Assembly: GCA_036785375.1 (NCBI GenBank) | Contig: JAWMAR010000070.1 | Coordinates: 4,898,001 to 4,962,000, forward strand | Origin: Leucoraja ocellata | Taxonomy: Eukaryota | Direction of reading: 5' to 3' | Length of the DNA stretch: 64,000 nt | Shown: piece after piece, positions 23,100 through 36,631 of the stretch | Layout of the letters: every line of letters starts with the position of its first letter | Position numbering within the stretch: position 1 is the first letter of the stretch | Notes under the pieces: model-generated | Databases searched by the model: none | Seen by the model: only the letters and a program-made list of their open reading frames with translations | What the model was told of the DNA's origin: nothing | Position numbers and translations under genes: made by a program

Positions 23100-24037
23100 T
23101 GGTAACAACACTGAGAAGGAGGATTTCCTGGAATGTATACAGGGTGGGTTTTTATACCAATATGTAAAGGAACCGACTAGAGGGCAGTGTCTCTTAGACT
23201 GGGTATTGTGTAATGAGGAAGGTTTAGCAATCTTGTTGCGCAAGGTCCCTTGAGCAACAGTGACCATAATATAGTGGAATCCTGCATTAGGATGGAGGGT
23301 GACACGGTTAATTCAGAGACTAGGGTACTATTCATTAAAGGAGACTTTGAAGGTTTGAGGGGAAGAGGCTAGGATAGACTGGCAAACTATACTTAAAGGG
23401 TTGACAGTGGAGATGCAATGGCAAAGATTTAAAGACCACAAGGATGAACTCCAGAAATTGTTCATCCCTGTCTGGCGAATAAATAAAACTGGGAAGGCAG
23501 CTCAAACGTAGCTGACGAGGGAAGTCAAGGATAGTGTTAAACCCAAGGAAGCCGCATATACATTGGCCAGAAAAAGTGGCAAACCAGAGGACTGGGAGAA
23601 ATTTAGAACTCAACAGAGGAAGAAAAAGGGGTTAATTAAGAGGGGGGGGGTGGGGGGGGGGTGATAAGAGCATGAAAGAAAGATGGCGGGGAATATAAAA
23701 ACTGACTTAAAAGTTTATTTAGGTATGTAAAAAGGAAAAGATTAGTGAAGAATAATGTAGGTCCCTTACAGTCAGAGGCAGGTGGATTTATAATGGGAAA
23801 CAAGGGAATGACAGAACAGTTAAACGAGTACTTTGGTTCTGTCTTCACTAAGGAAGACACTAACAATCTCCCGGAAATACTGGGGACCGAGGATCTAGTG
23901 GGAGGGAGGAACTGAAGGGAATCCACACTAGTCAGAAAATGGTGTTGGGTAAACTGTTGGGACTGAAGGCAGATAAATCCCCAGAGCCTGATGGTCTGCA
24001 TCCCAGAGTACTCAAGGAGGTGGCCCTAGAAATCGTG
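23100..24037 (+). mobile_element. CR1 LINE ORF2 internal fragment
   Basis: FLECIQGGFLYQYVKEPTR...LDWVL and the KSPEPDGLHPRVLKE region, homologous to 9068-9340. Confidence 0.8.
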
Positions 24038-24327
24038 AAGTAAAAATTCACGGCGACCATAATGAGGCCGCGACTAGTTTCCAGAATGCGGGAACTCCTC
24101 ACGACCATGAAGGCGACTCCCCGGCAACCCCCCGGCAACCACCCACAAACATGTGGCGACTGCATAGTCTCCCGCAGTCGCCTAAAAAGTTGCCTAAGTG
24201 GGACAGGCCCATAAGTTTCATGAAAGTGCACCAAGTATGTCATCAATGGTTAAAAAGCAACATTATCCTTTGCGTGTCTGACTTCAATGAAGTCCATATA
24301 AGAATTAATTATCATTATATTTTTCAG

Positions 24328-24380
24328 GCTCAAATGGACAGAGAATTATGAGTCAGCAAAATCCAGCAGACAGTTTCAAG
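24328..24380 (+). CDS. Gene B: cytoplasmic exon 1
   Basis: ttttcag acceptor, AAG|gtaagg donor; phase 1 in, 0 out. Encodes GSNGQRIMSQQNPADSFK. Confidence 0.78.
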
Positions 24381-24898
24381 GTAAGGCAATGCCGCAGATG
24401 TTGTAGCCCCAGGGAAGTCATCCCTGCAGGGTCCCACATCACATGACATATCGATCACTTGCCCGCTCCTAACATGGCACCTAAATGATCGAGTGCCCAT
24501 CCTTGGCCTTCTCCACAGCCTTGTCTGGGTTCGATTCTGACCACCGGTGCTGTCCGTGTGGAGTTTGCAGGTTCTTCCTGTGACCACCTGGGTTTTGTCT
24601 GAATGCTCCAGTTTCCTCCCACACCCCAAAGACGGGCGGATTTCTAAGTGAATTGCCCTCCATAGAACGGCAGATGCTGGAAAAATCGAATGTAGAAAAA
24701 AATGCTGGAGAAATTCAGCGGGTGAGGCAGCATCCATGGAGCGAAGGAATAGGTGATGTTTCGGGTTGGTGACGTCAATGTTCAAGCAGCCCTTGCTTTC
24801 CCTCTCTCTCCATCCCTTCCCCCTTCCAAATTCTCCCACCAGTTTTATTGTCTCCGACTACATTTTATCTCTGTACCAACCACTCCCCTGACATCAGT

Positions 24899-24929
24899 CT
24901 GAAGAAGGGTCTCGACCCGAAACGTCACC
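24899..24929 (+). ncRNA. Minimal hammerhead-ribozyme motif in a Penelope-derived repeat (representative copy)
   Basis: CUGAAGA-A-GGGU(CUCG)ACCC-GAAAC-GUC: catalytic core, stem II hairpin and NUH triplet. Other core-intact copies at 53182-53209(+) and 39352-39382(-). Confidence 0.5.
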
Positions 24930-25037
24930 TATTCCTTCGCTCCATAGATGCTGCCTGACCCGCTGAGTTTCTCCAGCATTTCTGTCCACCTTCTGACACT
25001 ATCTTTAAGTAATTATGTTTCTCACTTGACTCCAAAG

Positions 25038-25193
25038 GAAACCCCTGTCATTTATACCACCGTGACAACCCGTCCTCCAGCTAGCACGGATAATACTTAC
25101 ATGAACCTTCAGGATCTGAACACACAAGGACAAGCCAAGAGGCAAGGTGCCGCAGAAGTTGTGTACGCAACAATTCTCACTGATAATAATTAA
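25038..25193 (+). CDS. Gene B: terminal ITIM exon
   Basis: Encodes ETPVIYTTVTTRPPASTDNTYMNLQDLNTQGQAKRQGAAEVVYATILTDNN*. ITIM-like VIYTTV and VVYATI plus YMNL; phase 0 matches the previous exon. Confidence 0.85.
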   Translation, partial: ETPVIYTTVTTRPPASTDNTYMNLQDLNTQGQAKRQGAAEVVYATILTDNN

Positions 25194-26405
25194 TTCAATC
25201 ACCGGTGAACACCAAGAATACATTGGAAACGGACAGTCTGGTAAAATTGCCTTTGCTTACCCATTAATCCAGACACTTGTGTTCAGATCTCACCAAGAAC
25301 AGTGCATGGTCATCAAGATAACTGGAGATTTTGGGAATCTGATAAAGATAGAACATAGGAAAGTACAACAGGCCATTCGGCCCACAATATCCGTGTTGAA
25401 AATTAAAAATGCAAAAACTCTCGGCTGGTCAGGCAGCACCTGTGGAGATAGAAACAGAGATAACATGATAGTTCGATGACCTTAAGATGAGATGGGAAAG
25501 ATTTAATAGGAACCCGAGGTTCAACTTTTTCACTCAGTGGGTGGTGGGTGTAAGGAACAAGCTGCTAGAGGAGGTAGTTGAGGCAGGTACTATAACAACA
25601 TTGAAAAGACTTTTGGACAGGTACATGGATAGGAAAGGTTTGGAGGGATATGGGCCAAATGCGGGAAGGTGGGACTATCATAGATGGGTTGGCAAGGACA
25701 AATTGGGCCAAATGGCCTGGTTCGTGCTGTATGTTTCTTAGAGTTTGAATTCAACGTAGGAAAATAAGAGCAGAAAGAGGCCATTCAGCCCTTCAAGCCA
25801 ATTCCGCCATTCAACACAATCATGGCTGATCTGCCTCCAACCTCATTTCCTCTCCTGTGCCAGTACCTCAATGCCCTCGACTCACTGCCCCTTCAAACTC
25901 CTCTTTAAATACCCCTAATGATCCAGCCTCAATAACCCCCCAGTAGCAGGTTATTCCAGGGATTCATCACTCCGTTCCGCTTTCCACAAATGCCGCCGAA
26001 CATGTTGAGATTTTCCACCATTTTCCTTTTGCCTCAATTAGAACAGCTGTGGAATTTGAACTCTGTTATTAATTTGTGATTTACATATAAATATGTATAT
26101 GTACTGTTGAACACAAAACTGCCGGCTTGGTGTTAAAACTCACTGGTTGACTTTCCACCATCCAGTTTACCAAGTGAAACAGTTCTGTTATTAAGTCATA
26201 GAGTCATACAGCACGGAAACTGGCCCACGTGCTTTCCAGCCAATTGCTTTAATTTCCCAGTAGTTTGTGAATGTTTACGCCAAGCGCAGTGGCTTGCAAA
26301 TATGTGTATAAGGAACAGGAATCGCAAGTGTGAGATTGTGTAAATATGTTAAAACGTTTTGTAATGAAACATCTACAGATGACATGGGAGATGTTGTAAG
26401 CATAC

Positions 26406-26411
26406 AATAAA
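26406..26411 (+). terminator. Candidate polyadenylation signal of gene B
   Basis: AATAAA in unique sequence about 1.2 kb after the stop codon, just before an L1 fragment. Confidence 0.4.
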
Positions 26412-26469
26412 GTACACCGGTCCTCTGAATACATGGTGAGCCCAAGCTACTAATGACTTTGTGGAAGGT

Positions 26470-27985
26470 GGTTTTGCGAATGGACGTAAAACACAGAACT
26501 AAAGAATTTGGTGGATTAACACTGCCTTATTTTTTGTATTATTATTGGGCAGCAAATGGCAAAAATGTGATTCACCTGTTGGACAACTCTGCCCAGAGAG
26601 AGGATTGCTCCCCTTTTAATATAGGAGCAATCCTTTCACACCAATAAAATTGAATAAAAAATACAGTAAAAATCCAATTATTCATAGTACAATTAGAATT
26701 TGCAATCAATTAAAATTAACCTTAAAATTAAAAGAAACCTATCATCTATTTCCCCCAATAGATAATAATCCGTCATTTAAACCATCTATTATGGATAAAT
26801 CATTTACATACTGGGAAATAATAGGAATTAAAACGTTTGGAGACATGTATGAATTTTTTTTTTTTTTTATCATTCCAACAACTACAACTTAAATACAATC
26901 TGAGAAGTAAACAATATTTTAAATATTTTGAAATCCATGACTATTTGGAAAAATATACCCAAGAATATCAAAATTTGTGTCCAGGCCTATTAGACGAAGC
27001 ATTGAATATAAAGGAGGAATCAATGAATTTAATATCATACTTGTATAATATCATCCTAAACATAGAAATACCATCATCCGAATTAGAAGAGATTGGGAAC
27101 AAGAACTAGCTATACAAATTTCGAAAGAGAGGTGGGATAAACACTTGTAAAATGTGCACAAATGCTCGATCAATGTAAGACATATTCTAAACCAAAACTT
27201 TACATAGACTATATTACTCAAAAACTAAAACTTTTTCCAAATGTCTCCCCCATCTGTGATAAATGTCTATCCCAAGAAACAACCAACTATAGCACATTCC
27301 TTTGTTTTTTTAATTAAAATCCAAACACTTTGGAATGAAATCTTTGAAATTTTTTCAACATTTTTTCATATAAAACTGAAACCGAATGCAGAAATGATTA
27401 TTTTTGGAACGATGGAAGCCAGCCTTGAGCTGACTTTGTTCCAAAAGAGCTTCCTTAATTACGGCTTAATAATGGCAAAAAAACCTATACTTAAATTCTG
27501 GAAAAAAGCTCCCACACCAACGATAAATATGTGGATTTGAAATGTGTCCGAAATGTTACACCTGGACGACATCAGATTCCTCCTAGCAGGCAAATCAGAT
27601 CATTTCCAAATGATTTGGTCTCCATTTATCGACTTATTACAAGTATCGGGTGCAATAACTTTGAGAATAAACAGTTTCAGGACCTGGTGAGGGGTGTGGG
27701 AAGTTACGAAGTAGGTATTTCCCTTTTATCTTATTTTCCTTTCTTATATTTTCTGTTCTCTATTTTTCTCTTTCTTTTTCTTTTTATCTCTTTTTTGTGT
27801 TTTACGTTCCTACGGGTCTCTCTTGATCACTCTTTCACGCACTTACTATCCTATCTAACTCTCGTTCCATTCCTTCTTTTTAAAGTTTAAAGCAAGAAGT
27901 GGTACAGGAAATGTATTATGTTATTTTTGGCTTATATCACTGTAATGTGCATTACTTCTAATAAATAAAATATTTTAAAAAAAAC
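26470..27985 (+). mobile_element. L1-clade LINE 3' fragment
   Basis: AT-rich; GGLTLPYFLYYYWAA and IAHSF...W...ILKFWK fragments typical of fish L1 ORF2 C-terminus; ends in AATAAA plus an A-rich tail. Confidence 0.8.
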
Positions 27986-29142
27986 ACAGAACAGCACGGG
28001 AACAGGCCCTTTGGCCCACATTGTCCATGCCAACCATGTGGCAAAGTTAAACTGATCTCATCTGCCTGCACATAGTCCACTATCCCTCCACCCCCTGCAT
28101 ATCTCTGTGCCTATCTTATACTTGTACTGAAATGTTTACAGAAATGAATTTCACTGTACCTCGTTACATGACATAAAGTACCATACCATACTATCTAAAA
28201 GCCTCAATGGGCCAAAGGGCCTCTATCTCCAAAGCCTAAAGCAAAGAGTGCCACAGCGGTAGATTTGCTGTCTCATGGCGCAGGAGACCCAGGTACGATA
28301 CTGACCACGGGTGCTGTCTGTGTGGAGTTTGTACGTTTTCCCTGTGATCGTGTGGGTTTTCTCCGGCTTCCTCCCGCATTCCAAAGACGTGCAGGTTAAT
28401 TGGCTTCTGTAAATTGCCCCTAGTGTGTAGGATAGAACTAGTGTGTGGGTGATCGCTGGTCGATGTGGACTCAGCGGGCCAAAGGACCCGTTCCCACACT
28501 GTATCTCTAAACTAAACTCAACTAAAGCATTACATATTAGATGGGGAAATGGGATAAATCAATAGCTGAAGCAAAGTCAGCTGCATCAGAGGACCATCGG
28601 TGTACAATCGAGATTCACAACGCATGTGGAAAGAGAAGTTGTTTCAATTGCAATGTCCTCCAAGCAGCGACTCTACCGCTGCGCCACCGTGCTGCCTCGT
28701 CAAAAAGCCTCTGGTTATTGAACTGGAAGCGACGTGGGGGCAGCACAAAATGTGGCGAGTGATGGGTGGATACAGGAGAGGGGGGGGGGGGTTGATTGAA
28801 TGCAATTATTGATTACTGACCATCCAAACTACATTAAATATTTAAACAACACACACATTTCCGCTGGCAATTCTCATTGCTCTTCTTTGTCTAACAGAAG
28901 GAGAACGGACACATTTAGTTGCATTTAACAGTTTTTCATATTTTCAAAACATTTAAAAAATGCCTCACTATCAGTGCAGCACTTCTGCAAAACGCCCTCA
29001 CTGTGGTTTTCCTGCATGTATGGGAGCTAACTCTGCACACTGTCTCAGTGTACCAGTACTATACACTTGTTCTGTATCTGAGATGCTTATCTAAGATGTA
29101 TTCAAGTGCCTACGTATAGTGATACTTAAACTGACCAGTATA

Positions 29143-30605
29143 TAGAAACATCAAAACATAGACAATACTTGCAGGAGTAGGCCATTCAGCCCTTTGAGCC
29201 AGCACCGCCATTCAATATGATCAAGGCTGATCATCCAAAAATCAAGTTCAAGGTCACATTTATTGACACATGCACCAATTAATGTGCAGTGATATCAGTA
29301 CCCCGTTTCATCTTTTCCCCCATATCCCTTGATTCCCTTAACCTTAAGAGCTAAATCTAACTCTCTCTTGAATCCACCCTGTGAATTGGCCTCCATTGCC
29401 TTTAGTAGCAGAAAATTCCACAGATTCACAACTCCCTGGGTGAAAAAGATTTCCCTCATCTCTGTCCGAAATGGCCTACCACATTTTTAAACTATAACCC
29501 CTGGTTCTGGACTCCCCCCAACATCGAGAACATTGTTCCTGCATCTCACCTGTCCAATTCTCTAAGAATTGTATATGTTTCTATAGATAACCTCTCATCC
29601 TTCTAACTTCCAGCGAATACAAGCCCAGTCGAACTATTCTTTCATCATATGTCAGTCCCGGCATCCTGGGAATTAACCTGGCGAACATACACTGCATTCA
29701 CTCAATAGCAATAATGTCCTTCCTCAAATTAGGAGTCCAAAACTGGACACAATACTCCAGATGTGGTCTCACCAGGGCCCTGTCCAACTGCAGTAGAACT
29801 TCCTTGCTCCAAAACTCAAATCCTCTCACAATGATGGCAAACATGCCATTGGCTTTCTTCACTGCCTGCTGTACCAGCATGCTTACTTTCAATGACTGAT
29901 GTACAAGCACACCCAGGTCTCATTGCACCTCCCCTTCTCCTAATCTGACACCATTCAGATAATAATCTGCCTTACTGTTCTTGCCACCAAAGTGGTTAAC
30001 CTCACATTTATCTACATTATACTATAACTGCCATGCTTCTGCCCACTAACTCAACCTGTCCAAGTCACCCTGCATCCTCCTCGCAGCTCTCACTGCCACC
30101 CAGCTTTGTGTCATCCGCAAACTTAGTGACGTTACATTTAATTCCCTCGTCTAAATCATTAATATATATTGTAAATAAGTGGGGTCCCAGCACCGAGCCT
30201 TGCAGCACCGCGCTAGTCACTGCCTGCCATTCTGAAAAGAACCTGTTAATTCCTACCCTTAGCTTCCTATCTGCCAACCAGGTCTCTATCCATGTCAATG
30301 CCCTACCCCCAATACCATGTTCTCTAATTTTGCACAATAATCTTTTGTGTGGGACCTTGCCAAAGGCTTTTTGAAAGTCTAGATACTCCACAGCCACTGG
30401 CTCTCCCTTATCCATTCTACTTGTTACATCCTCAAAAAATTCCAAAAGATTAGTCAAGCATGATTTCCCCTTCATAAATCCATGCTGACTTTGACTGATC
30501 CTGACACTGCGTTCCAAATGCGCTGCTATAACATCCTTAATAATCGATTCCAGCATCTTCCCCACTACCGATGTAAGACTAACTGGTCTATAATTCCTCG
30601 TTTTC
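29143..30605 (-). mobile_element. CR1 LINE, decayed RT
   Basis: NYRPVSLTS, YLDFQKAF, QGSVLGP and KFADDTK on the minus strand. Confidence 0.9.
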
Positions 30606-33314
30606 ACATTCTCGAGTGGTCCCCGTAACCTTTGACTCTCTAACCCCGAGTCAATCATGCTTACAATCCTCGCCATGTAAAGTTCTGCAATTGGAGCTCC
30701 CGTTCCTGGTCACACTATGCTTGACACTTTCCCAGCATCGCTGACATACAGTAAATGATTGCATTCATTGCACAACCACCATTGTTACTCATACCAATAA
30801 AATATTGCTCAAAACTGCAAACCAAACCCAAACTATCCCATTGAAATTCAGGGCACAGTACTCTCTTTATTACTGAAAGGCCACTCAGCTGACACTGGCA
30901 TTTCTAAGTTTGGTTTAGTTTAGAGGAACAGTGGGGGTGGAGGCTGGTTCTCTGGATACTTTCAAGAGAGAGCTAGATAGGGCTCTTAAAGATAGCGGAG
31001 TCAGGGGATATGGGGAGAAGGCAGGAACGGGGTACTAATTGGGGATGATCAGCCATGATCACATTGAATGGCGGTGCTGGCTCAAAGGGCCGAATGGCCT
31101 ACTCCTGTACTCCTATTGTCTATTGAAACAGGCCCTTCAGCCCACCAAGTCTGCGGCGACCAGCAATCCCCGCACACTAACACCATCCTGCGCATCAGGG
31201 ACAATTTACAATTATACCAAGCCCATTAGCCTACAAGCCTGCCTGTCTTTGGAGTGAGGGAAGAAACTGGAGATCCTGATGAAAACCCACGCAGGTCACG
31301 GGGAGAACGTACAAACTCCATACAGACAAGTACCCGTAGTTAGGATCGAACCCGGGTCTCTGGTGCTGTAAGGCAGCAACTCTACCACTGTGCCCCAAGA
31401 TATTAAGATATCTCATGTTATTCCAAGTCTGTCTACAGTGAGATACATGAGGACCTTCATACCTGGTCTGCTCCATCCATGGAGGTCAAGATCACATTGA
31501 CTCTCATCTTCCTAGTCATAGGATTTGACCATCGTGCAGCACGCCTCGGCAGCATCAGAGAGGTTATCATGGTAACGTATTAGAATCATAGACTCATAGT
31601 TATATAGCACGGAAATAGACCCTTCACTCATCCATGCTGACCAAAATGCCCCCACCTGAGTAGTCCCATTTGGCAGCATTTGATCCATATCCCTCTAAAC
31701 CATTCCTATCCATGTACCTGTCCAATTGTCTTTTAAATGTTGTAATAGTAGCTGCCTTAGCTAACTCCTTTGGCAGCTCGTTCCATATATCCACCACATT
31801 CTGAGTGGAAAGCTTGCCCCTCAGGTTCCTATTAAATCCCTCCCCCCTCAATTTAAACTTGTCCTGTGGATTTTGATTCCCCTTTTACTCTGGGTAAAAG
31901 ACTCTGTGAATTAAATAGACAACCCTATTGATTTAGACGAGGGAATTAAATGTAACATCACCACCCTCTGACGTAGAGACTTCCACAGACTCACCACTCT
32001 CTGTGAGAAACTCACCCTATCAATACCTACTCATGATTGTATACACCTCTATAAGATCACCTCTTAGCCTTCTGTGCTCCAAGGAATAAAGTCTTAGTTT
32101 ATACAAATTTAGTTTAGTTTTATCATTGACACATGTACCAAGGAACAATAATTTTTTTGTTGTTGCATGCTATCCAGTCAGCAAAAGGACTATAGGTGAT
32201 TACAATCAAGCCATCCACAGTGTACAGATACAGGATAAAGGGAAATACTGTAGGTTCAGTGCAAGATAAAGTCCAGTAAAGTCCAATTAATGATGGTGCA
32301 AGGGTCTCCAATGAGGTAGATGGTAGGTCAGGATCACTCTCTAGTTAGCAGTAAGATGGTTCAGTTTCATGATAACATAAGGGAAGAAAGAAACTGCCTG
32401 AAGCTGCTAGTGTGCGTTTTCAAACTTCTGTGCCTCTTGCCTGATGAGAGAGGGGAGAAGAGGGAATGGCCAGGGTGAGACTCATCCTCCTTGTAGCTCA
32501 GAACTTCGAGTCCTGGCAAAAATCCTGATAAATCTTCGCAGCACTCTTCCCAACCATGAAGGAATAATTTCAACTGTTTAGGAAGGAACTGCAGATGCCG
32601 GTTTAAACCGAAGTTGGACACAAAAAGCCGGAGTAACTCAGCGGGTCAGACAGCATCTCTGGAGACAACCCAGTACGCTAGGACTATCCGACACACTAGG
32701 GACAATCTACAACTTAGCGAAGTCAGATAACCTGCAAATCCACACGTCTTTGGATGGTGCGATAAGCCGGAACACCCGGAGAAAATCACGCGGTCATGGG
32801 GAGAACGTACAAACCCCGTACAGACAGCACCCATAGAAACATAGAAACATAAAAAATAGCTGCAGGAGTAGGCCATTCGGCCCTTCGAGCCTGCACTGCC
32901 ATTCAATATGATCATGGCTGATCCTCCAACTCAGTATCCTGTACCTGCCTTCTCTCCATACCCCCTGATCCCTTTAGCCACAAGGGCCACATCTAACTCA
33001 CTCTTAAACAGTCACAACTGAACCCAGGCCTCTGGCACTGTAAGTCCAGCTAGTTGTGAAACAGAATGTTTGTCAATGTTCCTTATTCTACATTGGATTG
33101 CAAAGTATTACTTTTAAAAAGTGCATCTCCCAACACTGATCTTCAAGGAGGACAGGATTGGGATATGACCATGCAAGTTGTGGATACCCTCACTGGGAAC
33201 CTGCTACAGTTCAGCTTGTCTTCTGGCCAAACCTCTGCCAACCACAGTCCATCCCCCAAAGTGGAGCCGTTGACAATGTGCACGCAACAGATTGCAAAAC
33301 AGGATATGGGTCAA

Positions 33315-33366
33315 ACTTCCTTATTCTATGTTACATTGCAACGCGTTTGTTCATTCGTGAGGAAGT
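33315..33366 (+). promoter_or_regulatory. Candidate proximal promoter of gene C (PU.1/ETS-like sites)
   Basis: ACTTCCTT 33315-33322 and GAGGAAGT 33359-33366 lie about 80-130 nt upstream of the ATG, with a TTGCAAC C/EBP-like half-site between them. Confidence 0.45.
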
Positions 33367-33445
33367 TTGCACACGGAGCAAGTGGTGAAATCAAACAAGA
33401 GCAAGTCGTGAACAGCACGAATTGGAGACCACTCCATCGGCAAAC

Positions 33446-33509
33446 ATGGACCTCTCTCTCTCTGTGACCACGATGTTTTATATTCTGCTGTTTCGGACTG
33501 TGACTTCAA
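33446..33509 (+). CDS. Gene C (inhibitory, 2 IgV): leader exon
   Basis: aacATGG start; MDLSLSVTTMFYILLFRTVTS; A|gtaagt donor, phase 1. Confidence 0.8.
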
Positions 33510-34989
33510 GTAAGTTTTTCCACTTTAACCTGAGATGAACAGATTATTGATTAGTACGGGTGTCAGGGGTTATGGGGTGAAGGCAGGAGAATGGAGTTAG
33601 GAGGGAGAGATAGATCAGCCATGATTGAATGGCGGAGTAGACATGATGAGCCGAACAACCTAATTCTGCCCCATTAACTTATGGTCATGGAACCATAGCG
33701 TAGTTATATGTCAACGTGAAGATTAGATCTTGTTATTTAAATCAGTGATGATACACTGCTGCTCAGCCAAAGGACCAGGAGCCGAGAAAGGAACCAACTA
33801 ACTTTACATTTTAGCAAGAGTTAAAATGAACTGTGACAAGAGCACGGGATTTAGCAGAGGATTTAAGAGACGTTCGGACTGGCACATGCATGCAAGAGGA
33901 AAAAGATACAAAGTGCTGGAGTAACTCAGCAGGTCAGGCAGCATCTCTAGAGAACATGGATATGTGATATTTTGAGCCGGGATCCTTCTTCAGACTGATT
34001 GTGGTGGGGGGAGGGGGGTGGGGAGAATGCCCCGCTATCTCAATCAGTTTTTAAGAGTCGTTGGCAGGGGCAGATGGATATGCAGGGAATGGAAAGATAT
34101 GGATGGTGAGCAGGCAGATATGGGTTGGTCGTGGCATCATGTTCAGCATGGCGATTGTGGGCCAAATGGCCTGTTCCTGTGCTGTACTGTTCTATGCTTT
34201 TAGTGAAGATGCAGCACTGAAGATGTTTACGGTACAATCTTTCCTCGGATGCTGTCTTTGTGGAGTTTGTCCCCATCGCCGTATGGGTTTCTTCCGGGTG
34301 CTCGAGTTTCCTTCCACCTCCCATTTCAGGATGAGAGGGACATCGAAACTTAATGAATAGTGAAAGGCCTGGTGATAGAGTGGGTGTGGAGAGGATGTTT
34401 CCACTGGTGGGAGAATCTAGGACCATGGTGCACAGCCTCAGAATAACAGGAAGTTTAGTTTAGTTTGGAGATACAGCGTGGAACCAGGCCCTTCGACCCA
34501 CCGAGTCCACGCTGACCAGCGATCCCTGCACACTAGTTCTATCTGACACACTAGGAACGATTTTTACCGAAGCCAATTAACCTACAAACCTCCACGTTTT
34601 TGGAGTGTGGGAGGAAACCGGAGCGTCTGGAGAAAACCCACGCAGGTCACGGGGAGAACGTGCAAACTCCGTACAGACTGCACACGTACCCGGGTCTCTG
34701 GCGCTGTAAGGCAGCACCTCTACCGCTCCGCTACTGTCTTGCACCTGTTACTGTCCTGTACCTGTTAAGGGGGAGATTCTCATATTCTTGGTGAGCAGTA
34801 CGGGTGTCAGGGGTTATTGGGTTGAGAGGGAGAGATAGATCAACCATTGGGGCAGACAATGAACTGAATGGTCTAAATGTTCTCCTATAACTGAACATGA
34901 GATTATGTCAGGCGGGGGGGGGGGGGGGGGGTATGGGAATATTTTGATGTAATTCTGTAACATTTCCAGCATTAAATTTCACCCGACAG

Positions 34990-35298
34990 GTTCCTTAGCA
35001 AACCTTCCCTTGATGGTGATAAGAGCTGGCGAGGGAAAAACAGTGACTATAGAATGTCCACACGCTCAGAAAACAGGACCTGTCAGCTGGTGCAAAGCCT
35101 ATTCTGGAAAAGGATGCAATGCAATAGTCGACACTGAGAAAGAAGACAGTAGTGGAAGGATATCAATGAGAAGAATCAATGGGTCTGATTTTGTAATAAG
35201 TCAACTTCAGAAGAATGATACAGGAACATACTGGTGTGGAAAAAGTCAGGCAAATAAAATCCATGTTTCAGATATTGTCATGCTGGATGTTTTCACAG
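34990..35298 (+). CDS. Gene C: IgV exon D1
   Basis: gacag acceptor, ACAG|gtaaga donor; 309 nt, phase 1-1. Encodes GKTVTIEC...WCKAYSGKGC...GRISM...DTGTYWC and retains the Cx7C C-C' pair. Confidence 0.9.
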
Positions 35299-36631
35299 GT
35301 AAGAGATTTTCCGAAGATTTTAAGACCGATAATATGCTTCACTGATAATATACACTTGGACTGCGGTGCCATAATGAGCAGACTGATTGTTATGGAGAGG
35401 TGCTGCCCGTCCTGCTGAGTTACTCCAGCACTTTATACGTAGATTCCAGCATCTGCAGTTCCTTTTGTATACCGATTGTTAAGCGAGTTTAACTTAAAGG
35501 TGTGTAGGAAGGATGCTGGTTTACACCGAAGATAGACACAAAATGCTGGAGTAACTCAGCGGGATGGGCAGCATCTCTGGAGAAATGGAATAGGTGACAT
35601 TTTAGGTCAACAGACAATAGACAATAGGTGCAGGAGTAGGCCATTCCGCCCTTTGTGCCTGTACCGCCATTCAATGTGATCATGGCTGATCATCCCCAAT
35701 CAGTACCTGTTCCTGCTTTCTCCCCATATCCCCTGACTCCGCTATCTTCAAGAGACCTATCTAGCTCTTGAAAGTATCCAGAGAACCGGCCTCTGCCGCC
35801 CTCTGAGGCAGAGAATTCCACAGACTCACAATTCTCTGTGTGGAAAAAGTGTTTCCTCATCTCTGTTCTAAATAGCTTACCCCATATTCTTAAACTGTGG
35901 TCCCTGGTTCTGGACTCCCTCAACATCGGGAACATGTTTCCTGCCTCTAGCGTGTCCAACCCCATAATAATATACGTTTCAATACGTTTTCCTCTCATCC
36001 TTCTAACTTCCAGATTATACAAGCCCAACCGCTCTGGGTCGGGGCAATTCCTCAGACTGTCAGTAGGGAGATGGGGAAGAGCTGATGGAACTAGGGTGGA
36101 AGGGGGCAAGGGGGGAGGGGAGTGTAGTGTAATGCCCCTGTCCCACTTAGGAAACCTAAACGGAAACCTCTGGAGACTTTGCGCCCCACCCAAGGTTTCC
36201 GTGCGGTTCCCGGAGGTTGCAGGTGGTTGCAGGTAGGGAGACTGACAAAAACCTCAGGGATTTAATGAGGGTGCCTGCCATCCCGTGACATAGCGGTAGA
36301 GTTGCCGCCTTACAGCCGCAGAGACCAGAGTTCGATCCTGACCATGGATGCTGTCTGTACGGAGTTTGTACGTTCTCCCCGTGACCTTCGTGGGTTTTCC
36401 TCGGGTGCTCCAGTTTCCTCCCACACTCCAAAGTTTGTAGGTTAATTGGCTTCAGTAAAATTATAACTCATCCCTAGTGTGTGTAGGAACGCGTTAATGT
36501 ACGGGGATCGCTGGTCGGTGCAGACTAGGTGGGCTGGATCTTTAAACCAAAGTAAGGTTTTTGTATCCTTGGCTCTTCCCTACTAAAGCCAACAGTCAAC
36601 ATCTCATACCCTCATTTTGTTTTAATTACAG

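Noticed and set aside
27531-27890. Hydrophobic ORF as a membrane protein
   Set aside because: T-rich 3' region of the L1 fragment.
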